A DNA stretch of 64,000 nt from Candidatus Methanosuratincola verstraetei (GCA_049570475.1 CP186953.1:896185-960184), one strand, 5' to 3'. Numbered from the stretch's first letter, positions 1 through 9,642 are shown. The notes: a model not told the origin generated them from the sequence alone. Translations and numbers: made by a program.

Positions 1-10
1 TGTGACCACC

Positions 11-214
11 TTACAAAAGGTCGAACTTCTTCTCTAGTTTCGAGACCCTGCTTTCAAGATTTTCGAGCCTGCTGTTCAAGTCCTCCAGCTTGTCCTCGAA
101 CTTTGAGATCACGTCCTCGACCTTTGAAGTGTCTGTATTCATCTCAGACATAATTGATCTGATCTTAGCACGCATTTCCGAGTCTTTATCCGAAATGAAC
201 TTCCTCTCCGGCAT
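11..214 (-). CDS. hypothetical small coiled-coil protein (67 aa)
   Basis: Intact ORF. The charged C-terminal half is heptad-like (LEDLNSRLENLESRVSKLEKKF). No family recognised. Confidence 0.35.
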   Translation of the reverse strand: MPERKFISDKDSEMRAKIRSIMSEMNTDTSKVEDVISKFEDKLEDLNSRLENLESRVSKLEKKFDLL

Positions 215-363
215 CTCTATCTGACCCTGAATTTACAGGCAATCAAGCAAAACTATAAAAAAGATTACAAAAGGCGACCGCCACTCACCTTCAAAGCCGG
301 CTAGAGATCGTCGATCTAAAAAATTTAATATCCATAAGCCTCCCCCATTAGTATAAGGCGCGT

Positions 364-681
364 GTGCTGATGTCCTTTCTTGAGGTCCTTGTAGACGGCG
401 AGATAATAAGAGAGGCCATGCTGGTCGACTACTCCGACGGCGAAGAGATTATGTACAAGGGCCCTAATATGGAGAAGAAGATAAAGAACGCCGCGATTGC
501 AGTGATGGAAACACTCCCTTCGCTGAAGTACATGGTAATCGCTCTGGCTAAGAAAAAATATGTCATAATCTCGGTCTCTGAGGAGAAGTGCCTGGTCCTT
601 GGCATAGACCCCACGATAGACTCTGAGCAACTCGTAACCAAGATGACAAAAACGCTTAAAGAGCTCGGTTTGGACTGGTAA
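364..681 (+). CDS. hypothetical protein, possibly Roadblock/LC7-like
   Basis: 105-aa ORF with normal composition. Pattern AMLVDYSDGEEI ... AAIAVMETL ... YVIISVSEEKCLVLGI resembles the Roadblock/LC7 fold. The overlapping minus-strand ORFs (325-630, 429-737) look like shadow ORFs. Confidence 0.4.
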   Translation: MLMSFLEVLVDGEIIREAMLVDYSDGEEIMYKGPNMEKKIKNAAIAVMETLPSLKYMVIALAKKKYVIISVSEEKCLVLGIDPTIDSEQLVTKMTKTLKELGLDW

Positions 682-693
682 TGACTTTTTCCA

Positions 694-1704
694 TTGGAAA
701 TATCAATTAGGCGTCCAGAAGTCGCCTCTTTTGACATGTGTTATAGAATTGTTTATATGTTGAAAATTAACATAAAGTTAGCCATTAAGGTGGGTAGATT
801 GAATGCTGTTCAATCTGCACTCAGCGCCATAAATCAGCTGAAGGACGTGGATCGACTTATAGACATCTCCAAAAGCACCCTCCAGATCGACATACTCCTC
901 GCCCTCAGCAATAGGGGCGAGATGACCCCCGCGGAGATATCCCTCGCGATAGGTCAGAGGAGGAAGGCAGTCACAGACGCGTTGAGGAAGCTCCGCAACA
1001 AGGGCCTGGTCGAACCAGCCTCTGACGAGGGGCGGTCTCCCGCCTACCGCCTCACGGAACTGGGCAATGAGTGCATCATGACAATATGCAACTTTGTAGG
1101 AAAACGCCCCCCTTCCAGCTTGGCAGGTCTCAGATCCGAACCCGAATATGCGAGAAAGGACTGTGCAATAGACTTGAACCAGCTACCGTTGGCATCTGCC
1201 CTCTCCCAAGTTCTCTTTGCCTTGGGCACTTCCAAAGGCAACTCGCTCCCGCTCCCGGAGCTGGCAAGGATCATGGGGCTAAGCGAACAGAGGGCGGAGA
1301 GCTACTTGGAAGTGTTCATGAAGAGCGAGCCAAGGCTCTTCAGGAGGTTCACGGACTACCCTTGGTGGTCCAAGGCGCTAAGGCGGATTGGAATCAATTC
1401 CAAGCCGAAGAGGCTCGTAGTCTACTACGGCCTCACCCAGGACGGCCTCCAGCACTTCTACAGGCTGCCCGCCTACAGCCGGGTGCGCAGGTCCAGGACG
1501 TATAAGTTCCTTAGCTCAATTGTCTTCACCAGCAACCCGAAGGGGATCGTCCGCCGCCTCTCTTTAGGTCTTGCTACCTTGGGCGTTACTTTGGCACTGC
1601 TCGAGACCACCTTGTGGGGGGGATTTTCCATTCTATCCACTGGTGTCGGGCTAGCTGTGATCTTCGGAGTATTCTCTCTCATGCTGTACAAACTCTCGGT
1701 TTAG
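694..1704 (+). CDS. membrane-anchored double winged-helix transcription regulator, paralog A (ArnR-like architecture)
   Basis: MarR-like wHTH (LQIDILLALSNRGEMTPAEISLAIGQRRKAVTDALRKLRNKGLV), a second conserved domain, and two C-terminal hydrophobic helices. The start is uncertain; in-frame ATGs also lie at 736 and 757. Confidence 0.7.
   Translation: MEISIRRPEVASFDMCYRIVYMLKINIKLAIKVGRLNAVQSALSAINQLKDVDRLIDISKSTLQIDILLALSNRGEMTPAEISLAIGQRRKAVTDALRKLRNKGLVEPASDEGRSPAYRLTELGNECIMTICNFVGKRPPSSLAGLRSEPEYARKDCAIDLNQLPLASALSQVLFALGTSKGNSLPLPELARIMGLSEQRAESYLEVFMKSEPRLFRRFTDYPWWSKALRRIGINSKPKRLVVYYGLTQDGLQHFYRLPAYSRVRRSRTYKFLSSIVFTSNPKGIVRRLSLGLATLGVTLALLETTLWGGFSILSTGVGLAVIFGVFSLMLYKLSV
856..1059 (+). 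repeat. identity block I, copy 1 (204 bp, 100% identical to 1778-1981)
   Basis: Base-by-base comparison of the printed sequence. Mismatches lie immediately outside both ends. Confidence 0.95.
1189..1560 (+). repeat. identity block II, copy 1 (372 bp, 100% identical to 2228-2599)
   Basis: Base-by-base comparison. The offset is 1039 nt, so the inter-block linker differs in length (129 vs 246 bp). Confidence 0.95.
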
Positions 1705-1705
1705 T

Positions 1706-2755
1706 GTGCGAGGGGGTCTTTTGACAGAGCTCTTGGTTGTGAGCCAGCGGCTAAACAGGCTCAAAAGTGTGGCGGCGCTTATAGACATCTCCAAAAGCAC
1801 CCTCCAGATCGACATACTCCTCGCCCTCAGCAATAGGGGCGAGATGACCCCCGCGGAGATATCCCTCGCGATAGGTCAGAGGAGGAAGGCAGTCACAGAC
1901 GCGTTGAGGAAGCTCCGCAACAAGGGCCTGGTCGAACCAGCCTCTGACGAGGGGCGGTCTCCCGCCTACCGCCTCACGGAAATTGGGGCAGAAACCGTCA
2001 GATCACTGATCTCTTTTCTTGACGTGCAGGCACCTGGGCCTGAACCAGGTCCAGGCATGGGTGCAAAACGACCTGGAACTTCCCTTGATGTGCACGCCGA
2101 TTCTAGTTCGAGATCTCCAGCAGTAGGTTCGTGGGCACAAGAAGCGGAGCGAGATCATGCAAGCGGGCAATCCCCGCCGCAATCAATGCCGCCAGGCATG
2201 CTTGCCCCGGCTATCAGTTCCTTCACATTGGCATCTGCCCTCTCCCAAGTTCTCTTTGCCTTGGGCACTTCCAAAGGCAACTCGCTCCCGCTCCCGGAGC
2301 TGGCAAGGATCATGGGGCTAAGCGAACAGAGGGCGGAGAGCTACTTGGAAGTGTTCATGAAGAGCGAGCCAAGGCTCTTCAGGAGGTTCACGGACTACCC
2401 TTGGTGGTCCAAGGCGCTAAGGCGGATTGGAATCAATTCCAAGCCGAAGAGGCTCGTAGTCTACTACGGCCTCACCCAGGACGGCCTCCAGCACTTCTAC
2501 AGGCTGCCCGCCTACAGCCGGGTGCGCAGGTCCAGGACGTATAAGTTCCTTAGCTCAATTGTCTTCACCAGCAACCCGAAGGGGATCGTCCGCCGCCTCA
2601 TACTCCTGCTTCTAGTGGGGGAGATCTTCTCGCTTTTTGGCATGGTCGTTCCTATTGATTTTCGGATAACCTCTTTCTGGCTTGCATTCACGATACTGGT
2701 GGGATCTGTCTCGCTCTCTTCCCTTATGCTCTACAGAATGATCGACAAGTTTTAG
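1706..2755 (+). CDS. membrane-anchored double winged-helix transcription regulator, paralog B
   Basis: GTG start 2 nt after the paralog A stop. It has the same wHTH and second domain as A (identical DNA blocks), a longer Pro/Gly/Ser-rich linker and a different two-helix C-terminal tail. Confidence 0.7.
   Translation: MRGGLLTELLVVSQRLNRLKSVAALIDISKSTLQIDILLALSNRGEMTPAEISLAIGQRRKAVTDALRKLRNKGLVEPASDEGRSPAYRLTEIGAETVRSLISFLDVQAPGPEPGPGMGAKRPGTSLDVHADSSSRSPAVGSWAQEAERDHASGQSPPQSMPPGMLAPAISSFTLASALSQVLFALGTSKGNSLPLPELARIMGLSEQRAESYLEVFMKSEPRLFRRFTDYPWWSKALRRIGINSKPKRLVVYYGLTQDGLQHFYRLPAYSRVRRSRTYKFLSSIVFTSNPKGIVRRLILLLLVGEIFSLFGMVVPIDFRITSFWLAFTILVGSVSLSSLMLYRMIDKF
1778..1981 (+). repeat. identity block I, copy 2
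   Basis: Identical to 856-1059 (offset 922 nt). Confidence 0.95.
2228..2599 (+). repeat. identity block II, copy 2
   Basis: Identical to 1189-1560. Confidence 0.95.
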
Positions 2756-2818
2756 TTCTTCCATGCGATCAATATGGGCTTGGCTTAATTTCTTTAACCT
2801 GGAAGGAAAACCATAGCC

Positions 2819-3865
2819 ATGAAGAGGGTTGCCTTTGAAATGAAGCGGGTGCTCTTCGCCGACGATTCATCACTTATGCGCAAGCTGGTCTTCCAGACGC
2901 TTAAAGAGGGTGGGTTTGAGGTAATCCTGGCCTCCGACGGAAAAGAGGCTGTTGAGAAAGCGCTGAACGAGAGACCTGACGCCGCGGTTCTTGACATAAG
3001 AATGCCGAAGATGGACGGAATATCCGCCCTCAGGGAGATCGCGCCCCTTGGAATACCCGTGGTCATGTTCAGCTCCCTCACGCGCGAGGACTCCCAGGTG
3101 ACGATGGACGCGCTTGAGGCTGGTGCCTTTGATTTTGTACTTAAGCCCGGTGGGATAGTCACCCTTGACATCTCGGAGGTCAAAGGGGAGCTCCTGAGGA
3201 AAGTGAAAGCGGCAATCGTCAGCAAGAGGATCCCGCTTGTCCGTCGGGTTGCAATTGGACCCAAAGAAAAATGTACGAGCGCTTCGCCTGCAAACGCAGC
3301 CCTCCTGGTGGCGGCCTCGACCGGGGGTCCTTCCTTCGTAAGGGATCTCGTCCAGTCCCTAGACGGCGGTGGAAGGTACGCGGTCCTAATAGTCCAGCAC
3401 ATGCCACCCGTTTTCACAAAATTCTTTGCAGAGAGGATCTCTTCCTCATCTAGGATTCCAGTCAGGGAGGCATCGAACGGAGAGCCGATCCTTGAAGGGG
3501 TGGCTTACTTGGCGCCCGGAGACTACCACATGGAGGTCTCAATGGACCCGAATCCCCGGATAATACTGCACCAGGGACCAAAGATCAACTACGTCAGGCC
3601 TTCGGCAGATCCCCTCTTCATATCAGCGGCGAGGAGGTTCGGAAGAAAGACGGTGGCCGTCATCCTTACTGGAATTGGTTCAGACGGCACTAACGGAGCG
3701 ATCGCGGTCAAAGCTAACGGAGGCACCGTTATAGCTCAGGACGAGAAGACCAGCGTGGTTTATGGCATGCCTAAGAACGTCGCCGAATCTGGTTCTGCAG
3801 ATTTTATACTCCCCTTCGATGAGATACCTGACCGCATAAATGAGATATTTGCCAATATCGTCTAG
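2819..3865 (+). CDS. cheB: chemotaxis response regulator protein-glutamate methylesterase CheB
   Basis: N-terminal REC domain (VLFADDSSLMRK ... DIRMPKMDG) and a CheB esterase domain (ASTGGPSF, LTGIGSDGTNG, AQDEKTSVVYGMP). An alternative ATG lies at 2840. Confidence 0.9.
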   Translation: MKRVAFEMKRVLFADDSSLMRKLVFQTLKEGGFEVILASDGKEAVEKALNERPDAAVLDIRMPKMDGISALREIAPLGIPVVMFSSLTREDSQVTMDALEAGAFDFVLKPGGIVTLDISEVKGELLRKVKAAIVSKRIPLVRRVAIGPKEKCTSASPANAALLVAASTGGPSFVRDLVQSLDGGGRYAVLIVQHMPPVFTKFFAERISSSSRIPVREASNGEPILEGVAYLAPGDYHMEVSMDPNPRIILHQGPKINYVRPSADPLFISAARRFGRKTVAVILTGIGSDGTNGAIAVKANGGTVIAQDEKTSVVYGMPKNVAESGSADFILPFDEIPDRINEIFANIV

Positions 3866-4052
3866 GGTTCGGCGGATCATGGGATTGTTCGGCTGGTCAG
3901 GTCGCACAAATGCTGAACATCCCGCATTGATCATGTATGTTTAAGTCCATTCGGTTTGATTTTTCCTAAATATGTTCAAGGAGTGCAAAAAGCACCGATC
4001 AGTCGCCTTGTGCGTTTCATTTTTTAAGTAAAAAACTCCAGCAAGTCATTCG

Positions 4053-5138
4053 GTGACACAATTGGATCTCTCCATAAAGGTGAAGCTGCTGATAATTTTT
4101 ATTTTGATATCAGTCACCCCAACGGTCGTTGCAGTTCTTTACGCTGACCAAGTAGATACTAATGATATCAAGACTCAACTCTTTGGTACCCTTAGCGGAG
4201 TATCTAAGCTCGTTGGTTTAAACTTCTTTGACTACCTAGAGCGGAACGGTCGGTCGGTCTACAGCACCGCCGGGGTCCTGAGCTCAGAAGATCCCTCTTT
4301 GTGGTCTGCATTGATCGAACCTCTCAAGACCCGTGAAGGTGTAATCCTTTATTTGGTCGCCGACTCGAACGGCAAGGTAGCCGCAGTAACTGATCCGTCG
4401 AAGTGGGCTGGAACTTGGGCTGCAATTGGGAGCGACATTTCCGGAAAGGCTTTCTTCTCCGAGATGAAGAGCGGGGTGGAGTACAGATATAGCGAATCGG
4501 ATCAAGGGAAAGTCTACTACAGCCTTCCGTTCAACGACTCAATCTCGAATTCCGCGAAACCTTTGGTGGTTGCCTTTGGAAAGCAGTTTGCGGGAACTGA
4601 CGGCAAGACCTATTACTTATGCCTCATCTCAGACTGGTACTCAGTGGCGCAGGGTAAGATCCTGGTAAGACTCGACTCTGTCTTCGGGGAGATCGGAAGC
4701 AATGTCTTCACCCCGACCGAATCCGGTAACCAGATATGGGCGGACACCAACTCCGGAAGGGTCGGGACCTTTCTACAAGCCTCTGCATTCGGCGACGCTT
4801 GGTCCTTTTACAAGAGTGTGAGCCAGAAGAGACCAAACTCAATCGCCGATCTCTCTCCCGATACGGCCGAGTACACGCTCAATGGGCAGGGCAGGTTCGT
4901 CGGAGTCGGAATGGCACCCTCTTGGTACCCATACTCTCTTGGCTTCTTCGCATACGTCACCAACCCAGAGAGGGTTTATGCAATGGCATCAGAGTCCACA
5001 AAGTGGAACTTTACGATAGCCGGGGGAGTGATCTTAGGTTCACTGGTACTGGCCTTCCTGGCTACGAGAGGGATCTCCTCGTCCGTCAAGAAGGTTTCAG
5101 AGGATGCAAAGAAGATTGCCTCGGGAGACTTAAGGTGA
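4053..5138 (+). CDS. chemoreceptor sensor module (TM, Cache-like periplasmic domain, TM, start of HAMP), truncated
   Basis: GTG start. TM1 is KVKLLIIFILISVTPTVVAVLY, followed by a ~270-aa extracytoplasmic domain and TM2 (IAGGVILGSLVLAFLA). The HAMP AS1-like VKKVSEDAKKIASGDLR then runs directly into a TGA stop. Confidence 0.7.
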   Translation: MTQLDLSIKVKLLIIFILISVTPTVVAVLYADQVDTNDIKTQLFGTLSGVSKLVGLNFFDYLERNGRSVYSTAGVLSSEDPSLWSALIEPLKTREGVILYLVADSNGKVAAVTDPSKWAGTWAAIGSDISGKAFFSEMKSGVEYRYSESDQGKVYYSLPFNDSISNSAKPLVVAFGKQFAGTDGKTYYLCLISDWYSVAQGKILVRLDSVFGEIGSNVFTPTESGNQIWADTNSGRVGTFLQASAFGDAWSFYKSVSQKRPNSIADLSPDTAEYTLNGQGRFVGVGMAPSWYPYSLGFFAYVTNPERVYAMASESTKWNFTIAGGVILGSLVLAFLATRGISSSVKKVSEDAKKIASGDLR

Positions 5139-5256
5139 TCCGAAATGCACTGGAACCTTAGTCTATTACAAAAGGGATGCAGCGATGCTGAACTATGCGA
5201 CTATAATGGAGAGAAGGACGCGCTCATGAATCGACTGAACTGAAAGGCAAATTGGA

Positions 5257-6609
5257 ATGGGAGGAAAGGTGATCTTGATGAATACCCGCAAGAAGGGTAA
5301 GGAAGACATTTTGCTTGAGATTGACAAGGATGGTATAATAAAAAGCATAAACGAAGCTGGTGCACGCATCTTCGGATACAGGGCCTCAGATCTTATCGGA
5401 AAAAGCATAGTCGGGACAATAATGGCATCGAAGGGCAAGGAGGAGGACTCGAAACTCGTTTCCAAGATCTTCGCCGCCCCGAACGGTACCATTTCCATTA
5501 TGGAGAACATCAGCAGAACCGGATCGCCAGTGACCGTTAAGTGGGTTAACGAGGCGGTCGCTGGTGATGATGGATCCGTCTTCGCTAGGAGGTGCATTGG
5601 TACAGTCCTCGCCATAGACTCCAGTGACGAGCTGAAGGCACTCCAGTGTTCGTTCGATCTGATGCGCGAGAACCTCCGGAAGGTAATATTGAAGATCGCC
5701 CAGTCCGCAACGCATGTCTCGGAGTATGCTGGAACACTCGGGTCTTCAGCTGAAGAGCTCTCTTCATCAGCAAACCAAGTCTCCCAGTCGATCCAGCAAA
5801 TAGGTAGCGGAGCCCAATCGCAGGCGAAGTCAGTTAGCGAGATTGCGACTATGACCAAGGACGTTTTGGATGCTGTCTTCTCAGCAAGAGCGCTGGCGGA
5901 CGAGGTGGAAGTAGCCTCCAAGAAAGCGCTGACCAGTACCACCTCTGTATCCGAATTAGGGAGATCAGCACTCGAGAGCCTTGAGAAGATAAAGGCAGAT
6001 GTAAAAAATGCCAAGTCTAGTGCGGACGTGCTGTACGAGTCCAACGCTAAGGTCTCGGAGATAACATCCACCATAAAGGACATCGCAGACCAGGTTTCGC
6101 TTCTAGCGCTCAACGCTGCGATCGAGGCGGCAAGGGCAGGTGAGGCAGGGAAGGGTTTTGCAGTCGTTGCCGAGGAAATCCGGAAGCTCGCAGGCGAGAC
6201 TCGAACATCCGCTGAAAAGGTAAGCGATCTAGTGGGTGATGTGACGGCGAAGACAAAGCAGGCTTCATCTGCAATTATCTCCGTCGCAGAAAATGTAGAG
6301 AAGGGATCGCTGGCAATAAGCAATGCACTCGAGAAAATCCCTGCAATATCAGATGTTGCAAAGGATGTTGAAAGCAAGGCCTCGGCAGTCAAGACTAAAC
6401 TTGCCAGCATCGAGGAGTCGGCAAAGACGATAAACAGCAACGTCAGTAACCTAGCGTCTGCATCGCAGGAGATGGCCGCCTCATCCGAAGAAATATCCGC
6501 TGCTGCTGAAGAGCAGGCCTCTGCTGTGGAGAGGCTTGCAACAATGGCGCAGGAGCTATCGAATCTGGCAGTCAAGCTCAAGGAGGTTGTCTCGAGCTTC
6601 AAGACTTGA
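5257..6609 (+). CDS. soluble PAS-domain methyl-accepting chemotaxis protein (signalling module)
   Basis: PAS-like N-terminus ([34 protein letters not shown]) and the highly conserved MCP hairpin [31 protein letters not shown]. Confidence 0.88.
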   Translation: MGGKVILMNTRKKGKEDILLEIDKDGIIKSINEAGARIFGYRASDLIGKSIVGTIMASKGKEEDSKLVSKIFAAPNGTISIMENISRTGSPVTVKWVNEAVAGDDGSVFARRCIGTVLAIDSSDELKALQCSFDLMRENLRKVILKIAQSATHVSEYAGTLGSSAEELSSSANQVSQSIQQIGSGAQSQAKSVSEIATMTKDVLDAVFSARALADEVEVASKKALTSTTSVSELGRSALESLEKIKADVKNAKSSADVLYESNAKVSEITSTIKDIADQVSLLALNAAIEAARAGEAGKGFAVVAEEIRKLAGETRTSAEKVSDLVGDVTAKTKQASSAIISVAENVEKGSLAISNALEKIPAISDVAKDVESKASAVKTKLASIEESAKTINSNVSNLASASQEMAASSEEISAAAEEQASAVERLATMAQELSNLAVKLKEVVSSFKT

Positions 6610-7115
6610 TCTGATTGCGGAGTCAGGAGTCGACTTGGAGGGTTTTGGGTTGCTTGAACATCAAAAAAGTTAGCACCCTCCAATATAACTTTCTTAACCA
6701 GAAGGGCTCTTCTGTATTAAACTATTTGTTTCTTATTTTCTTCATTACAAAATAGTTCTCAGCGGTTTCAAGTTCTTGATGGGGATGGTTCCCCATGGCT
6801 TATTGGTCAAGCGAACATTTACAGAATAATCAGAAGAAAGCCCATTGGCTTTAGCCGTGGGAGTATGCCAACAGTTTGGTAAATGGATCCTGCAAACTTC
6901 AAGGGGAGTGCATAGGGCCCTTCATAAAAACAGCTTTTAATGAATGACTCAGTTCTGCCTACGGTTGGCTAAATCTTTTGAAAAGATTTGCAATAGGTAA
7001 TGCTTAAAAAAAAGAGCCTAAAATGAGTGCACATATGAGGACTATCGCTCTCTTGCACGGTCAAAAGGACAGCGAACACTACGAAGTCGGGCACGAGCGT
7101 GAGCAAAGAACAAAA

Positions 7116-7505
7116 ATGAAATTGCTTGTTGTGGTGTTGTTAACCCTTGCAATCCTCTCGGTCTACGCAACCAATGGTTGGATTCTGAAATTAGGTGAGA
7201 ACGAACGACCATTTATGTTGATGGGCGTGCCGACCATTGTGGACACAGAAACGGGGAGCGGGATAGTGGTAAGGATAAAGAGCACGTGCAACGAGACGCT
7301 GCTAATCTCATCCCTGACCCTGAGGCTGAAAGCGGACTCCGGCGGAGCGCTAACGATCACTACGTTCTCTTGCAAAGAGATCGCACCGGGGGAGTTGGTG
7401 CAGATAACGGCGTTCTCTCCGGTGAAGCTGGATGGCAGCTCCTACGAAGCCACCATCACCATCAACGGCAAAGACTACCCGTTCGTGGCCCGCAGAAATG
7501 CCTGA
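7116..7505 (+). CDS. hypothetical secreted/membrane-anchored protein
   Basis: The ORF is open from 7023, but a signal-like MKLLVVVLLTLAILSVYA begins at ATG 7116. No family recognised. Confidence 0.45.
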   Translation: MKLLVVVLLTLAILSVYATNGWILKLGENERPFMLMGVPTIVDTETGSGIVVRIKSTCNETLLISSLTLRLKADSGGALTITTFSCKEIAPGELVQITAFSPVKLDGSSYEATITINGKDYPFVARRNA

Positions 7506-7729
7506 TTCATGCGATGGGCTTTCATTTGGTCTCATCAGCCAGAAGCTGCCCTGCCCTGCCTGTGAGGATAGGCAGCAGAAGTCATTCCTCTTTTCAGAAT
7601 ATTCAAAGCAATGATTCTTCGAGCCGCCCGCCCTTTATATATTGCGCCTTGGATACTAGGTTGGGATAAATAAAACATGTTAAATAAAAATCATTCGAGA
7701 CGCCTATTTTGAAGGAAGGTATGCCCTTT

Positions 7730-9094
7730 TCAGAGCCTGCGTATGTACCTCTCGACCTCCCAGTTCGTGACCTGGATCCTGTAGGCGTCCCATTCCTTCC
7801 TCTTCACGGAGAGGTAGTTCTCGAAAGCCGTCTCCCCGAGGACCTCCTTCATGAACTCGCTCTTCTCCGTCTCGTCGAGAGCCTCCTTGAGCGACTCGGG
7901 TAGCGAGACGATGTTTCGCGCCTTCCTCTCCTCGTAGCTCAACTTGTACACGTTGAGCTCGGTCGGCGGTCCGGGGTCTATTTTGTTCTTTATCCCGTCG
8001 AGCATCGCCATGCTCAGTGCCGCAAACTGCAGGTACGGGTTACCGGCCGGATCAGGGCACCTGATCTCGAACCTTGCAGCGTTCTTCCTGCCGCCGAAGT
8101 TCGGGACCCTGATTAGCGGGGATCTGTTCTTGAACGCCCAGGCCACGTATACGGGCGCTTCGTATCCTGGCACAAGCCTCTTGTACGAATTCGGCCAAGA
8201 GGCGAGGATCGAGCACATCTCCCTGCCGTGGGCGAGTTGCCCCCCTATGCTGTACCTGGCGATATCGGAAAGATAGTTCGAGTTCGGGTCTTCGGAATAG
8301 AACATGTTCTTTGTTAGGTCGAGATTCCATAGGCTCTGGTGGACGTGCATCCCAGACCCGTTCACCCCAAAGAACGGCTTAGGCATGTATGTGGCTATGT
8401 AACCGTTCTTGGCGGCCACCACCTTGGTGACCATCTTCATGGTTATCGCCCTGTCTGCCGTCACCAGACCCTCGTCGTACTTGAAGTCTATTTCGTTCTG
8501 CCCGAGGGCGACCTCATGGTGCGAGATCTCGATGTTTATCCCGAACATCTCCGCGGTGTCAGCGATCTCCCTCCTGAGCTCATCGGTCAGGTCCCCTGGG
8601 TGGAAGTCGAAGTACCCTGCCATGTCTATCGGCTTAGGCACCTGCGAGTTCTCGTCCTCCTTGACAACGAAGAACTCGAGCTCTGGTGCGCAGAAGAACC
8701 TGAACCCCGCCTCCTTGCACTTCTCCATCGCCTTCTCGAGTATGTACCTGGGGTCCCCCTCAAACCTCTTGTTGTCCGGCGTGTACACATCGCAGATCAG
8801 CCTGCACGAGGACCTCTCCTTTGCCCTCCACGGGATCACCGCGAACGTGGTCGGGTCGGGGTATAGCACCATGTCCGACTCCTCGATCGACCTGTAGCCG
8901 GTAATAGAGGAGCCGTCGAAAGACTGCCCGTTCTCGAATATGCTCTCGATATTCTTGGTGCTCACCGCCAGGCTCTTAAGCACACCGTTCAGGTCCGTGA
9001 ACTGGAGCCTGGCAAACTTTATGTTGTTCTCGTTTATCTCGTTGACCACTTGGGTCACTTTTTCCTTCCAGACCGCATCCTTAAAGTTCTTCAT
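7730..9094 (-). CDS. glnA: glutamine synthetase type I
   Basis: Full-length GS pattern (FARLQFTDLNGVLKS, FDGSSITGY, GSGMHVHQSL, NPYL). The ATG at 9094 (MKNFKD) is preferred over the ORF maximum at 9121. Confidence 0.93.
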   Translation of the reverse strand: MKNFKDAVWKEKVTQVVNEINENNIKFARLQFTDLNGVLKSLAVSTKNIESIFENGQSFDGSSITGYRSIEESDMVLYPDPTTFAVIPWRAKERSSCRLICDVYTPDNKRFEGDPRYILEKAMEKCKEAGFRFFCAPELEFFVVKEDENSQVPKPIDMAGYFDFHPGDLTDELRREIADTAEMFGINIEISHHEVALGQNEIDFKYDEGLVTADRAITMKMVTKVVAAKNGYIATYMPKPFFGVNGSGMHVHQSLWNLDLTKNMFYSEDPNSNYLSDIARYSIGGQLAHGREMCSILASWPNSYKRLVPGYEAPVYVAWAFKNRSPLIRVPNFGGRKNAARFEIRCPDPAGNPYLQFAALSMAMLDGIKNKIDPGPPTELNVYKLSYEERKARNIVSLPESLKEALDETEKSEFMKEVLGETAFENYLSVKRKEWDAYRIQVTNWEVERYIRRL

Positions 9095-9261
9095 GTTCCC
9101 ACCGATCAAATAACAATCCAAACAACATCTTTCTGTTCGTATATAAAACTTTCCAAAGAATTACTAAACAAATTTTAGTAAATGGCGGATAAATTATAAA
9201 AATTTTACGATGTTGGTGAGAAGATCGGGAATGAAAAATGGGGAAAAAGATAGTTCAGGGG

Positions 9262-9642
9262 CTACTTCTGGTTTGCCCAAAGGCTGTGTATGTTGCAGTA
9301 CTCCCTGGCCTTCTTTACTTCCTTTGCCGTCTCGAACTCAGCCTCCGGTGAGTCCCCGGGTGTAAGGAACCTGATCATCACCGTGTCTCCAGTTGATGCC
9401 TCTATCCATTCAATGTAGTGCTCTGGCATCATAGGGTGCGGAGTCGATCCGACCTTTACCCTGTACCCCTTCTCTGTCTTCTCGATAACTGGTACATGCT
9501 TCTCCTTCGCCATGTCCGCTGTCTTCTCTACCTGTAGCTTCATGGGCTTCCCGCAGCAAACCAGCTGCCCGGCGCCCGCATGCATCACCATCACTATATT
9601 CCCGCAGACCTCGCACTTGTATACCTGCATCCTCTCTGTCAT
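9262..9642 (-). CDS. dfx: desulfoferrodoxin (2Fe superoxide reductase)
   Basis: Desulforedoxin-type N-terminus (CEVCGN ... CCGKPM) and a neelaredoxin domain ([25 protein letters not shown]). Confidence 0.9.
   Translation of the reverse strand: MTERMQVYKCEVCGNIVMVMHAGAGQLVCCGKPMKLQVEKTADMAKEKHVPVIEKTEKGYRVKVGSTPHPMMPEHYIEWIEASTGDTVMIRFLTPGDSPEAEFETAKEVKKAREYCNIHSLWANQK

Noticed and set aside
1071-1505. 144-aa plus-strand ORF (and its twin at 2131-2544) that appears duplicated
   Set aside because: Both are alternative-frame readings of identity block II within the wHTH regulator genes. They are Pro/Arg/Gly-rich, and the duplication only reflects the DNA repeat.
5136-5138. TGA at the end of the chemoreceptor sensor ORF as a possible selenocysteine/recoding site
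   Set aside because: The read-through frame hits another TGA after 34 codons and is out of frame with the downstream MCP. No SECIS-like element was recognised, and the position is not a redox-active Cys site. Truncation or pseudogenisation is the simpler reading.
5193-6683. 496-aa minus-strand ORF, the longest ORF in this part of the window
   Set aside because: It lies exactly antisense to the PAS-MCP gene. Its translation is low-complexity Ala/Ser-rich with no motifs, whereas the plus frame carries the canonical MCP hairpin. It is a shadow ORF caused by the biased codon content of the MCP coiled coil.
9122-9261. NrpR-type nitrogen operator (GGAA-N6-TTCC) in the glnA promoter
   Set aside because: The promoter has a clear TATA-like TTTTATATA, and a GGAA follows TTCTTT. 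No GGAA-N6-TTCC inverted repeat is present on either strand.
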